Source: an uncultured Candidatus Saccharibacteria bacterium
GTDB lineage: Bacteria; Patescibacteriota; Saccharimonadia; Saccharimonadales; UBA10212
Direction: 5' to 3'
Length of the DNA: 53,602 bases
NCBI GenBank assembly: GCA_964448095.1
Contig: CAYUUT010000006.1
Location: 1 to 53,602, forward strand
A program made the position numbers and the translations under genes. The notes beneath the pieces were generated by a model. It worked only from the letters and a program-made list of their open reading frames with translations. It did not search any database and had not been told where the DNA came from. Shown one piece after another: positions 30,989-38,861 of the stretch (position 1 is the stretch's first letter; each line of letters begins with the position of its first letter).

Positions 30989-31402
30989 CTACTTTACGAC
31001 TATGGTTCCGCGCATCGACGGATGGATACTGCAGTGATACTGGAATGAACCGGTTTTATTGAATGTAAAGCTGTAGGTTGAGCCAGGCTGTATGTCGCCG
31101 CTGGAGGGGCCGCCAACATTACTTAAATCATCAATTACTGTATGCGCCACGCTATCATTATTTGTCCAAGTGACTGTGGCGCCTTTGGCAACAGATATTT
31201 GGGAAGGCGTGAACATCATATTCTTAATATCTATGCTGCCAGAGGCCGCTGATTGGTTAGAACTTGATGCTGAACTATTGTTATTCGTACTATTTTGAGT
31301 GGAAGTGTTTGAGCTATTATTCGACTTGTTGTGATCATAAATAGCCCAGCCTCCTATCGCCAGAACCGCAACTACGATAATTGCTACCATTACTTTATTC
31401 AT
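30989..31402 (-). CDS. Cupredoxin (plastocyanin/amicyanin-like) with N-terminal anchor
   Basis: FTPSQISVAKGATVTWTNND, HTV, YHCSIHPSM (type-1 copper ligands H, C, H, M). Confidence 0.9.
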   Translation of the reverse strand: MNKVMVAIIVVAVLAIGGWAIYDHNKSNNSSNTSTQNSTNNNSSASSSNQSAASGSIDIKNMMFTPSQISVAKGATVTWTNNDSVAHTVIDDLSNVGGPSSGDIQPGSTYSFTFNKTGSFQYHCSIHPSMRGTIVVK

Positions 31403-31471
31403 TAAACTCTCCTCTTTACAGCTCTATTATAGGCCTTTATAAATTTTTGCGTGCCGAGAAGTTTATTTCTT

Positions 31472-31487
31472 GGGGGATTTAAGCCCC
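31472..31487 (-). repeat. Cassette repeat R4
   Basis: tttcttGGGGGATTTAAGCCCCggg. Confidence 0.85.
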
Positions 31488-31507
31488 GGGCTTTATGCTT
31501 ACAATAA

Positions 31508-31960
31508 CTAGGGCGTGGGACAATCAGGAACTCTAGGGTCTACGGCCACGTCGTTGCTAGCGTTACCATTCTCGAACGTATTTGCAGCCACGTAATCACC
31601 ACTATAGGGTTCTGGACTCTCTATGTGATACCACTTGCCCTCAGCACTAGGGGCGGCATCTACAGGGCCAGTAGCCAGACAGTCAACATCAACCTTATTG
31701 CCTTTTTCCAAGTGATGACCAACGCCAGAGGCGTTTACGTAATCCCTAAAGGTATTAGCTCCGAACTGCTCAGTTTCTTGGTGGTTAGAACCCTTTAATA
31801 ATACTTTCTGGCCAAGTTGAACATTTGGCGGCGCAGAAGTTTCGCTTTTTGTAGCACCGCCGCAACCTGCCCCTGCCAGAGCCAAAGCACCGCCTGAAAT
31901 TATAATTCCTCCGCGTATTCTCCAGTTAGTTTCAAAGAAAATTGAATTCATCTTTCTCAT
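31508..31960 (-). CDS. Putative lipoprotein with SH3-like cell-wall-binding domain
   Basis: AAGGAGG SD before ATG 31960; lipobox-like LAGAGC; VDVDCLATG...KWYHI...DYVAANTF. Confidence 0.6.
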   Translation of the reverse strand: MRKMNSIFFETNWRIRGGIIISGGALALAGAGCGGATKSETSAPPNVQLGQKVLLKGSNHQETEQFGANTFRDYVNASGVGHHLEKGNKVDVDCLATGPVDAAPSAEGKWYHIESPEPYSGDYVAANTFENGNASNDVAVDPRVPDCPTP

Positions 31961-32028
31961 ATGCGCCTCCTTTATCATGATTCTCTACCCCAGTAAGTAT
32001 ATTTGCAAGCATGAGCATTTTTGTTTTT

Positions 32029-32043
32029 GGGGGATTTAAGCCC
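32029..32043 (-). repeat. Cassette repeat R5
   Basis: tttttgtttttGGGGGATTTAAGCCCtc. Confidence 0.85.
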
Positions 32044-32124
32044 TCAATAATAAATTGGGTCGTGCGCCGGCCCGGTCTAGGAGATGCTCACTAGATCCGG
32101 GTCGGCGCGTCGCTCGCGACCTCC

Positions 32125-33222
32125 TTATGCATGTGACTGCGGCTTCTTGGGAGCCTCGCCCATCTCGCGCAGATGTCGGTAATGGGACCGGACCGCCGCC
32201 CAGAGCGTAGGCTGGCAGTGATACTGCAGCCCGTGCCTTTCGCACACCGCCCGCACCATCTTGTAGATTCGCGGGTAGTGCACGTGGGGAAGCCACGGGT
32301 AGAGGTGGTGCTCGATCTGGAAGTTCAGGCCGCCGAGTAACCACCTGAGAGCTCGGTTGTCGGGGCTGAAGTTCTGAGTCGTCTGAACCTCGTGTACCTT
32401 CCATAAGGTCTCGTTGGCCAGTTCCGGCGTCGTGAACATTGCCTCGTCGTTGCAGTGAGCCGCTTGGAAGGTCAGCGTCACCACGAAGCTGAACAAGAAC
32501 GACAGGCCGAGAAAGACCAACAGAACCATTGCCACTCCGTGTAGCGACCAGTGCAGCCACATCGGCAGGGCCAGAGCCCAACCGAAAAACAGCAGCTTGC
32601 CGGTCAACAGATGGACGAATCCGCGGTAGCCGCGCCTTTTTAGCTCGAAGCAACCAATGCGTCCGTTTTTGTAGGACACAAAGTCGCCCCAAACTTGCCA
32701 GCGCAGCGTCACGAAGCCGTACACCAGCCACAGGTACAGGTGCTGCCACCGATACCAGGGCCGGTATTCCTGGGTTGAGGCCAGACGGGCGAAAGGCGGT
32801 GCGTTGATGTCCTCGTCCATCTGGTCGATGTTTGTCCAGGTGTGATGAGCCACGTTGTGGCTGACTTGCCACCCGGGACTGCTACCACCCAGAAACTCGA
32901 GCGAGAAGCCCGCCAGGTTGTTAACGAAGGCATGCCGGCTGAAAGCCCCGTGGTTTCCATCGTGCATGACGTTGAATTCCACGGCGATTAGCGCCAGCAC
33001 CACGTTGAGGCCAAGAAGCACAACCTCCCACCAGTTGCTGGCGAAGAGGATCAGGGCCGGGCAAGCGATAGCCGCCCAGAGGACGACAACCGCCGCTTTG
33101 CGGTGGAGCTCCCTGTAGCCGTTTTGCTTTACGCCTTCCTGGCTGTAGTAGTTGTCGAAACCTTGCTTGAGGTCATCCGAGAAGGCGCCGCCTCCCCGAA
33201 AGTTAACCTTAGGCCTAGGCAT
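32125..33222 (-). CDS. Acyl-CoA/linoleoyl-CoA-type fatty acid desaturase, GC-rich
   Basis: His boxes HDGNHG, HNVAHH and QIEHHLYP; AGGAGG SD. Confidence 0.92.
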   Translation of the reverse strand: MPRPKVNFRGGGAFSDDLKQGFDNYYSQEGVKQNGYRELHRKAAVVVLWAAIACPALILFASNWWEVVLLGLNVVLALIAVEFNVMHDGNHGAFSRHAFVNNLAGFSLEFLGGSSPGWQVSHNVAHHTWTNIDQMDEDINAPPFARLASTQEYRPWYRWQHLYLWLVYGFVTLRWQVWGDFVSYKNGRIGCFELKRRGYRGFVHLLTGKLLFFGWALALPMWLHWSLHGVAMVLLVFLGLSFLFSFVVTLTFQAAHCNDEAMFTTPELANETLWKVHEVQTTQNFSPDNRALRWLLGGLNFQIEHHLYPWLPHVHYPRIYKMVRAVCERHGLQYHCQPTLWAAVRSHYRHLREMGEAPKKPQSHA

Positions 33223-33334
33223 GACACCTCCTCATTGTTGTTGTGCATAGGATGTCAAAGAGCTTCTACAAGCATATCAAAGAAAGGTTAGAAGACAATG
33301 TTTTACTACATTTATAAAGGTTTTAGAGATTTTT

Positions 33335-33351
33335 GAGAGATTTAAGCCCCC
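33335..33351 (-). repeat. Cassette repeat R6
   Basis: tttttGAGAGATTTAAGCCCCCg; supplies the TAA of 33342-33884. Confidence 0.75.
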
Positions 33352-33884
33352 GCCGGCGTTAGCCTAAGGCTATCGGGTCTTATAGCTGTAATCGGGCAGA
33401 AGACATCTGGCGGTGTCGGGCTACTGTCTATGGGCGGGGAGTCTGGGGTCGAATCCGTATCGGAGTAGACCAAACAAATTTCTGGCACGTCTATAACTAA
33501 GCCTTTGTCTGTCTGTTGACGCGTGGTAAGAAGGCCAAAACGTTTAAACCTTCCATGGCCAGCTTGGCCTTCTGTTCCTGGCTGGATTTCGCAAACAGCA
33601 GTCTCTGTGGCTATCGGCCAAAAACCTAGCGTGGCCGTATCAATTCTGGGTAAAACCAAATATGCCCTGTCAAAAACCAAATCGACCAGGTCGCCCCTGT
33701 TCTGCTCATACTCTTGGTCCAGCAGCTGAGCAAAGCCGTGAATCCAATACGGATCATATTCGACTAATAAATGCCTGCGCACTTGCTCAAACTTCGATTC
33801 AGGCATTTGTAATGAACGCTCTGTTCTTTCGGTGGCCATAATTGGCAATACTTTACCATAATTAACCATTTGCCGCAAATACAA
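33342..33884 (-). CDS. Hypothetical protein
   Basis: Fills the interval between R6 and R7; start codon uncertain; ends PAGA. Confidence 0.55.
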   Translation of the reverse strand: MYLRQMVNYGKVLPIMATERTERSLQMPESKFEQVRRHLLVEYDPYWIHGFAQLLDQEYEQNRGDLVDLVFDRAYLVLPRIDTATLGFWPIATETAVCEIQPGTEGQAGHGRFKRFGLLTTRQQTDKGLVIDVPEICLVYSDTDSTPDSPPIDSSPTPPDVFCPITAIRPDSLRLTPAGA

Positions 33885-33903
33885 TAAGAGGGCTTTTGTT
33901 TTT

Positions 33904-33917
33904 GGGGAATTTAAGTC
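33904..33917 (-). repeat. Cassette repeat R7
   Basis: ttttgtttttGGGGAATTTAAGtc. Confidence 0.75.
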
Positions 33918-33940
33918 TTGAGTGGGTCGTTTATAAAGTT

Positions 33941-33971
33941 GGGAGATGCGCAGGGTTGCAGCGCACCTCCC
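33941..33971. terminator. GC-rich hairpin after the small-ORF operon
   Basis: gggagatgcgc pairs with gcgcacctccc. Confidence 0.55.
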
Positions 33972-33989
33972 AGGTGTTGTTGGAAGCTT

Positions 33990-34190
33990 CTACTTGAGCT
34001 CGAGGTCGGCACCGCTCCAGGCGTAGACCTCCGCGCCGTCGTCTAGGCGGATCCTGCAGCGGCCGTCGCGGTTGACCTCATCGATCACCACGCCGTGCTT
34101 CCCTTGATGGGCGCTCAGGTCACTGCTGCCGTTGGCAGAGGTGTTGCCAACGACAATGACACGGTCGTTGAGTCTAATGTAGCGTTCCAC
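33990..34190 (-). CDS. Small KOW/SH3-like protein, 66 aa
   Basis: GGAAGGAG SD with GTG start; DRVIVVG...GKHGVV...CRIRLDDG. Confidence 0.55.
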   Translation of the reverse strand: MERYIRLNDRVIVVGNTSANGSSDLSAHQGKHGVVIDEVNRDGRCRIRLDDGAEVYAWSGADLELK

Positions 34191-34224
34191 GATTCTCCTT
34201 CCCAGCCTCGGCCGAGCTTGAGTA

Positions 34225-34341
34225 CTAGAACAGGTGTTTCAGAAGGCCTCCGGCTTCCCAGCCCCCGATGCATGCGGCTACGACGATGCAAGCTGCCGCC
34301 GCTGTCGAGACAATGAGAAGCGGAATATCTGAAATACGCAT
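34225..34341 (-). CDS. Small hydrophobic protein, 38 aa
   Basis: Not in the ORF track. GGGAG SD; MRISDIPLLIVSTAAAACIVVAACIGGWEAGGLLKHLF. Confidence 0.45.
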   Translation of the reverse strand: MRISDIPLLIVSTAAAACIVVAACIGGWEAGGLLKHLF

Positions 34342-34357
34342 CTCTTCTCCCTTCGAC

Positions 34358-34567
34358 TCAGAGGCGCGAATAGCGCCGGAGGTTGAGGACGTTGGTCAGC
34401 ATCCAGAACGCTTCGAACACGATTGCGGGCATCCAGCCCCAGTAGTGGGCGAAGACCACAATTCCGATCGGCTGGATGATGAGCTCGACGAGCTTACGCG
34501 CCCAGAGTCTTCTCAGACCCTTGGGTATGTCGTAGTTCTGAAGCAAAGCTTCCTCCTCAAAAGACAA
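34358..34567 (-). CDS. Small membrane protein, 69 aa
   Basis: TTG start; GC-rich third positions; hydrophobic core. Confidence 0.45.
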   Translation of the reverse strand: MSFEEEALLQNYDIPKGLRRLWARKLVELIIQPIGIVVFAHYWGWMPAIVFEAFWMLTNVLNLRRYSRL

Positions 34568-34669
34568 GTGCTAACCTCGGCATCAGCCGAGACTAACTCA
34601 AGGCTGATATTGTCGAAATTCAGCTATATTTTACAATAAAACACTCAAAAAAACAAGAAGAGGAAGTTT

Positions 34670-34686
34670 GGGGGGATTTAAGCTCC
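34670..34686 (-). repeat. Cassette repeat R8
   Basis: gtttGGGGGGATTTAAGCTCCggg. Confidence 0.8.
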
Positions 34687-34689
34687 GGG

Positions 34690-35550
34690 TTATAGCAGTA
34701 ACAAACATAGGCCGGCCGTAACGCCGATTATGCCGGCGGCTTTGCGATATGTAAGTTCGTCCCGGAAGAATAAGACCGCCAGGATAGTTACCAAAGAAAT
34801 TGATCCGGCGTTGATAGCATTCACATAGCCAACGTTTGGCGCCAGTTTTATAGCCTCGAAATTACCTAGGTTAAAAAGCGTGGAGAAGACGCCGGTAGCC
34901 AGCAATAGCCAGCCTTCTTGGGCCGTCAGTTTCTTTATTGAGCCTAAGCGGACCTTGTCGGCCACAATAATGCAGAGCGTGACAATCGCATAAATATAAA
35001 TAAGGAAGGCCATGGTATCCACGCCGTGGTTAAAGAGATACTTGGACGACAGCGACAGAAATCCCCAGGCAAAAAACGCGGCGAATGACAATAAAACCCA
35101 TCTGTTGCTGGAAACTTTCTTGGCAGCCCTAGGAGTGATGGTAATAAGCGCCGAAAAACCCACAATGACCAAGATAGCTATAGCTTTACGCCAAGTAAGG
35201 TCGGCATTCAGAAAAATTACCGCAACGATGGTTGTGAATAGCACGTAACTTTTGGAAAGCATCAAGCTGTAGCCCGGATTTGGAGCGATACTTATGGCTT
35301 TGAGTGAAACTTTATTGCCGCCATAGGAAAAAATGACGGCTGTCACCAAAATGACCAACGCTTGCCACCAGGAAATATGCAAGCTGTGCTGGCCACCCAC
35401 GCCAATGACTAGATACGCCGCTAAAGGAAGAGCAAACATCGCTAAGTTAGTCAGATGTATGGGCGTCTTGAGCAGCGAGGATTTACGGACACTCAAATAC
35501 ATCGCCACCGATGCGAAGAACATCATCAGACTATAGCCAACCCAAGACAT
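34690..35550 (-). CDS. EamA/DMT-family transporter
   Basis: About 10 TM in two repeats; APNPGYS and APNVGYV. Confidence 0.85.
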   Translation of the reverse strand: MSWVGYSLMMFFASVAMYLSVRKSSLLKTPIHLTNLAMFALPLAAYLVIGVGGQHSLHISWWQALVILVTAVIFSYGGNKVSLKAISIAPNPGYSLMLSKSYVLFTTIVAVIFLNADLTWRKAIAILVIVGFSALITITPRAAKKVSSNRWVLLSFAAFFAWGFLSLSSKYLFNHGVDTMAFLIYIYAIVTLCIIVADKVRLGSIKKLTAQEGWLLLATGVFSTLFNLGNFEAIKLAPNVGYVNAINAGSISLVTILAVLFFRDELTYRKAAGIIGVTAGLCLLLL

Positions 35551-35576
35551 AAGCTAATCATAGCAAATGACCCAGG

Positions 35577-35591
35577 AATTTTGGGTTTGGG
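35577..35591 (-). repeat. Degenerate cassette repeat R9 (T-rich arm only)
   Basis: aattttgggtttggg matches the left arm of R3; the ATTTAAG core is absent. Confidence 0.4.
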
Positions 35592-35612
35592 CTGGTTGTT
35601 TGCCGGCTAAGT

Positions 35613-36188
35613 TTAGGAGAACTTTATGATGGCTTCTAGCACAATGGCTAGAGCGATTAGACACCAGATAAATATATCCAGACCACTGGCTACCATGCGG
35701 TCTGCTATTTTTTGGTAACGCGCGCTAAGATGTAGGTTTTTATAATTCAATCTAAACCAAGCTCCACTAATCGCCAGCACTCCTCCGTAACAGAAAACGC
35801 AGTAAATGCACAAACTGCCGATGTTAAAAATGCTTTGCCAGAAGTACCAAAAACCAAACCCGATGAAAAATAGGGCCATAGCCTGATAGACCAGGCGCAG
35901 CTTGGCGTTAATCTGGGCGCCCGTCCAGCCGATTAGACCAGCAGAGAACATAATCGCGAAAAAACTAATGCAAAGCATCGAGTTAGGGAAGCCAAAAACC
36001 GAACTTTGATGAGCGTTGAGAATATTAGAGCAATTAAAAACCGAGCTTAGGTTACAGCTTAGTACCGAGTGGGCATTTTTGAGCAGTGTTATCTTTTCCA
36101 GCATCTGCAGAAAAGATGCGGTAAAGCCAATAGCGGCTCCGAAAGTTAGTATTTTATAGAGTGTTTTTGTAGAGGTGAGTTGTCTCAT
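35613..36188 (-). CDS. Vitamin K epoxide reductase (VKOR) family protein
   Basis: CNLSSVFNCSNIL, FGFPNS, CIYC redox motif. Confidence 0.9.
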   Translation of the reverse strand: MRQLTSTKTLYKILTFGAAIGFTASFLQMLEKITLLKNAHSVLSCNLSSVFNCSNILNAHQSSVFGFPNSMLCISFFAIMFSAGLIGWTGAQINAKLRLVYQAMALFFIGFGFWYFWQSIFNIGSLCIYCVFCYGGVLAISGAWFRLNYKNLHLSARYQKIADRMVASGLDIFIWCLIALAIVLEAIIKFS

Positions 36189-36238
36189 AAGCCGTATAGT
36201 GTTTTTCTTGAACCGTACTGTGATTTGAGTCGCAGTTA

Positions 36239-36257
36239 ATTTTGGGAATTTATATCC
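36239..36257 (-). repeat. Degenerate cassette repeat R10
   Basis: aattttGGGAATTTAtatcc. Confidence 0.45.
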
Positions 36258-36814
36258 TAGAGCTTTAGGTTGAAGGCTCCGCCAATTTGCCCGGGTTTTA
36301 ATATTTGCAATGGCTGGCTCTTTGAAGGATCCAAAGCCACTCCTTCAACATCCGCCGAGGCTTTCAGTGTGTACGTATAACTGTTTGAGTTGAATACCTC
36401 GCTAAGTGACTGCAGCTCTTTAAGACCGTGGGCCACTGCTTGACCGGCGCTGCCCTCAGGCAGTTGAGATTCTACTGCCGCCCCGGCGTTCATGACAATG
36501 CTCAGCTGCAAGGTTTGGGACTGCTGCGGCGCCAGGCTAAAAACTTGGGTGTTTTCAGCTCGGGCAACTGTTTGGAAAGTGGTGGCATTAACTGGGTCTA
36601 TGCCTGACTTCGTTGGTTGTTGAAAGTTGAGGCTTTGAGATTGCGCAATTATCTCAACAGTAACCTTATTAATTTGTACTTGAGTGTCTTCGGCTGTCAC
36701 AGTTACGCTGACCGGCAGCGATGCGTCTTGCATAGACACGCTGGCAGGAGCCTGCATTTCAACCTTCACCCCACCGTGAGTTAAATTTTTCTTAAAGCTA
36801 CTAAATATACCCAT
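36257..36814 (-). CDS. Spo0M/arrestin-like beta-sandwich protein
   Basis: MGIFSSFKKNLTHGGVKVEM..., YTLKASADVEGVALDP; TATAAT-6-ATG. Confidence 0.55.
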   Translation of the reverse strand: MGIFSSFKKNLTHGGVKVEMQAPASVSMQDASLPVSVTVTAEDTQVQINKVTVEIIAQSQSLNFQQPTKSGIDPVNATTFQTVARAENTQVFSLAPQQSQTLQLSIVMNAGAAVESQLPEGSAGQAVAHGLKELQSLSEVFNSNSYTYTLKASADVEGVALDPSKSQPLQILKPGQIGGAFNLKL

Positions 36815-36851
36815 AGCATGATTATACGCCCACCGGGGGAAATTTTGGGTT

Positions 36852-36866
36852 GGGGAGATTTAAGAC
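36852..36866 (-). repeat. Cassette repeat R11
   Basis: aaattttgggttGGGGAGATTTAAGac. Confidence 0.75.
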
Positions 36867-36872
36867 GTCTAC

Positions 36873-37070
36873 TTATTTTTTCTTTGGGTGGAACAGGTGG
36901 TAGAAATTTAGGTCGTAGCCCCAGCCAAAGGCGCGCGGGGTCCATATACGCGGGTCATCCGGGTTCCAAAGCCGCGAGCGGTACCTTGCCCAGGTTGGCC
37001 AGCGCCAGTCATATGGCACTCCCCAAAATTTCCCCACCCTATCTTGCTTGTTATTAGGAGCAGTACTCAT
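36873..37070 (-). CDS. DUF5808-like small protein
   Basis: GVPYDWR, LWNPDDPRIWTPRAFGWGYDLNF. Confidence 0.75.
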   Translation of the reverse strand: MSTAPNNKQDRVGKFWGVPYDWRWPTWARYRSRLWNPDDPRIWTPRAFGWGYDLNFYHLFHPKKK

Positions 37071-37100
37071 AACTGAAGTATACGCTCACACAGAGGATAG

Positions 37101-37130
37101 AATTTTGTTTAACGGGATTTAGGTCCCGGG
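37101..37130 (-). repeat. Cassette repeat R12
   Basis: aattttgtttaacGGGATTTAGGTCCCggg. Confidence 0.65.
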
Positions 37131-37147
37131 TGGCCTTTGCTTAAATA

Positions 37148-37191
37148 TGTGACGGTTATTACGCGTAATAAATGTTGTGACTATTAACACA
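37148..37191. promoter_or_regulatory. Pair of CRP/FNR-type boxes, copy A
   Basis: TGTGA-cggtta-TTACG and TGTGA-ctatta-ACACA, starts 28 bp apart. Confidence 0.55.
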
Positions 37192-37335
37192 GACATTAGA
37201 AACCAGGACTAATATACTTATGCTTAATTAGTCGATGGGAATAGGTGCACTATTTGAAGGAGATCATTACTTAAGAGTTGGTCTTTGTACAAAATCGCTC
37301 TAAGGGAAAACAACATAAAGAGAAAGGTACTAATC

Positions 37336-37530
37336 ATGTCTCACACATTCAGCAATAAGAAGTTCAAAGTCCATTACCGAGAATATCTAGCCAATACTAA
37401 CGAACCACGGGAGACTCTCAACGACATAATAGCAGACGAAGAGCTTGACGTTGGTTTAATAAGTAATGCTTATTACGAAAGAAGGAAATTACGGCGTGTA
37501 GCCGAGAGACTGAGACAAGCCCCTATATAG
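37336..37530 (+). CDS. Small basic protein, 64 aa, paralog of 39760-39957
   Basis: AGAAAGG SD with ATG at 37336; YREYLAN..EP...YY.RRKLR...ERLR is shared with the paralog. Confidence 0.7.
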   Translation: MSHTFSNKKFKVHYREYLANTNEPRETLNDIIADEELDVGLISNAYYERRKLRRVAERLRQAPI

Positions 37531-37552
37531 GCGGATGTGTTCGATACATCGC

Positions 37553-37585
37553 AAAAAGAGCCCCTTTGTGAGGAGGCTCTTTTTT
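37553..37585. terminator. Bidirectional intrinsic terminator
   Basis: aaaaagagcc...ggctcttttt. Confidence 0.75.
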
Positions 37586-37598
37586 AAATATAGTCTTT

Positions 37599-37614
37599 GG
37601 GGAATCCAAGCCCC
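37599..37614 (-). repeat. Cassette repeat R13
   Basis: ctttGGGGAATCCAAGCCCCggagcg; same right flank as R3. Confidence 0.7.
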
Positions 37615-37729
37615 GGAGCGAATCTGGTATGATAAATTAAATGGCAACTTTCAAAGGCTTCTAGCCTACTCCTTACTTCAGCCAAAAGTCCGGCCTTGGT
37701 CGGCAATATTTTAATGTTAAGGAGTAAAT

Positions 37730-38263
37730 ATGAAACTTGGTAAATTAGATTTTGTTCCCGTGCAAGATAGGCTAGATTTGGTCGCTGAGCCAGTTGGCGA
37801 AGCGATCAAGGAAAAAGCGTTAAGCGATGTTTTAGTAGCCAAGATTAAGCCCGACCTGGCTGACACGGCCGCCTTTTGCGAATATTACAATATTGGCCTG
37901 GAAGTATCGGCCAATTGCATTGTGGTTGAAGCGAAGCGAGCGGATAAAACTTGGTACGCGGCCTGTGTGATATTGGCGACTTCAAGAGCCGATGTTAATG
38001 GCGTGATACGTCGCCATCTGGGCGCCAAAAAAATATCTTTTGCCCCGATGGATAGAGCCACATCAATCACGTCGATGGAATACGGCGGAATTACACCTAT
38101 AGGTCTGCCCTTGGATTGGCCTATTTTGGTGGATAGCGCAGTAGCCAAAACTGCTCACGCAGTAATTGGCAGCGGCTTACGGAAGTCTAAACTGTTGGTT
38201 CCTGGTAGTTCGTTCCACAAGTTGCCCAACGCGACAGTGATGGATATCACCCAATCCAGCTAG
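37730..38263 (+). CDS. YbaK/aminoacyl-tRNA deacylase-family protein
   Basis: SANCIVV, KKISFAP, MEYGGITPIGLP, IGSGLRKSKL. Confidence 0.88.
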   Translation: MKLGKLDFVPVQDRLDLVAEPVGEAIKEKALSDVLVAKIKPDLADTAAFCEYYNIGLEVSANCIVVEAKRADKTWYAACVILATSRADVNGVIRRHLGAKKISFAPMDRATSITSMEYGGITPIGLPLDWPILVDSAVAKTAHAVIGSGLRKSKLLVPGSSFHKLPNATVMDITQSS

Positions 38264-38278
38264 CCAGAGTATAGGGAA

Positions 38279-38296
38279 TACTTAACTTGTTAAGTA
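38279..38296. repeat. 18-bp palindrome, copy 3 (intergenic)
   Basis: gggaatacttaac-tt-gttaagtattccc, 13-bp arms spanning 38274-38301. Confidence 0.8.
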
Positions 38297-38326
38297 TTCC
38301 CTGCTCCCCCGGGAGAGTTTGTTTTT

Positions 38327-38339
38327 GGGGATTTAAGGC
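38327..38339 (-). repeat. Cassette repeat R14
   Basis: tttgtttttGGGGATTTAAGgc. Confidence 0.75.
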
Positions 38340-38373
38340 TGAACTCCTAGTTTGCTATGATTTTAGTCTAAGT

Positions 38374-38844
38374 ATGGATAAGTCTGATTTTCTGAATAAG
38401 TATTTGCCCTTGTTCAGCATTCATTTTCACGATAACGTTTTTTCAAAAGACAACAGCATCAAAGTCATTGAGCAAAAACTGCCATTTAAAGAATTGCTGG
38501 AGTTTTATATTCTGCGAACAGTGAAAAACGGCTTGCCGGATACACGGGGCATAGAAGAAAGGGAGAATGACCTCAACTCAAAATTAATCACCCTTTATGA
38601 AGCCCGGCAGAATCCCAAGAAATGGGGCTTGGAGTCGAAGGGCAGAATTATACCCTCGCTTAAAGATATCCGGCCAATACCGGTAGCTGTTGACCCTGAT
38701 AGCGGAAATTGTTTAATCCTAGACTCCAATCATCTGCTAACTAACTTGAACTGCCCATCGGATACCGTAATACCACTCGCGCTAATTGTCGGGCCAAATC
38801 TTGAGGCGCTCGGACCAGATTTTATTATCCTCAGCCGGCAATAG
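38374..38844 (+). CDS. Hypothetical protein
   Basis: ATG 38374 after TATGAT (the ORF track extends across repeat R14); no family recognised. Confidence 0.55.
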   Translation: MDKSDFLNKYLPLFSIHFHDNVFSKDNSIKVIEQKLPFKELLEFYILRTVKNGLPDTRGIEERENDLNSKLITLYEARQNPKKWGLESKGRIIPSLKDIRPIPVAVDPDSGNCLILDSNHLLTNLNCPSDTVIPLALIVGPNLEALGPDFIILSRQ

Positions 38845-38845
38845 T

Positions 38846-38861
38846 TTTTGGAGTTTAAGTC
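38846..38861 (-). repeat. Cassette repeat R15
   Basis: ttttGGAGTTTAAGtc, immediately after the stop codon of the CRP gene. Confidence 0.55.

Larger units (their letters stand above)
29298..38861 (-). mobile_element. Array of single-gene cassettes separated by a ~15-bp core direct repeat (candidate recombination sites)
   Basis: About 15 copies (13 clear, 2 degenerate) of TTTTG..GGGG(A/G)ATTTAAG(CCCCGG), spaced roughly 260-1300 bp apart, each bracketing one gene or a mini-operon. Confidence 0.6.

Noticed and set aside
34268-34639. 123-aa plus-strand ORF
   Set aside because: It overlaps two minus-strand ORFs that have better codon bias, SD placement and operon spacing.
29298-38861. CRISPR array, classical integron attC sites or Xer dif sites as the explanation for the repeat
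   Set aside because: Intervals are 260-1300 bp and encode genes, and no cas genes are present. There is no RYYYAAC/GTTRRRY long hairpin. Only TTAAAT resembles the XerD arm, with no XerC arm or 6-bp spacer pattern.
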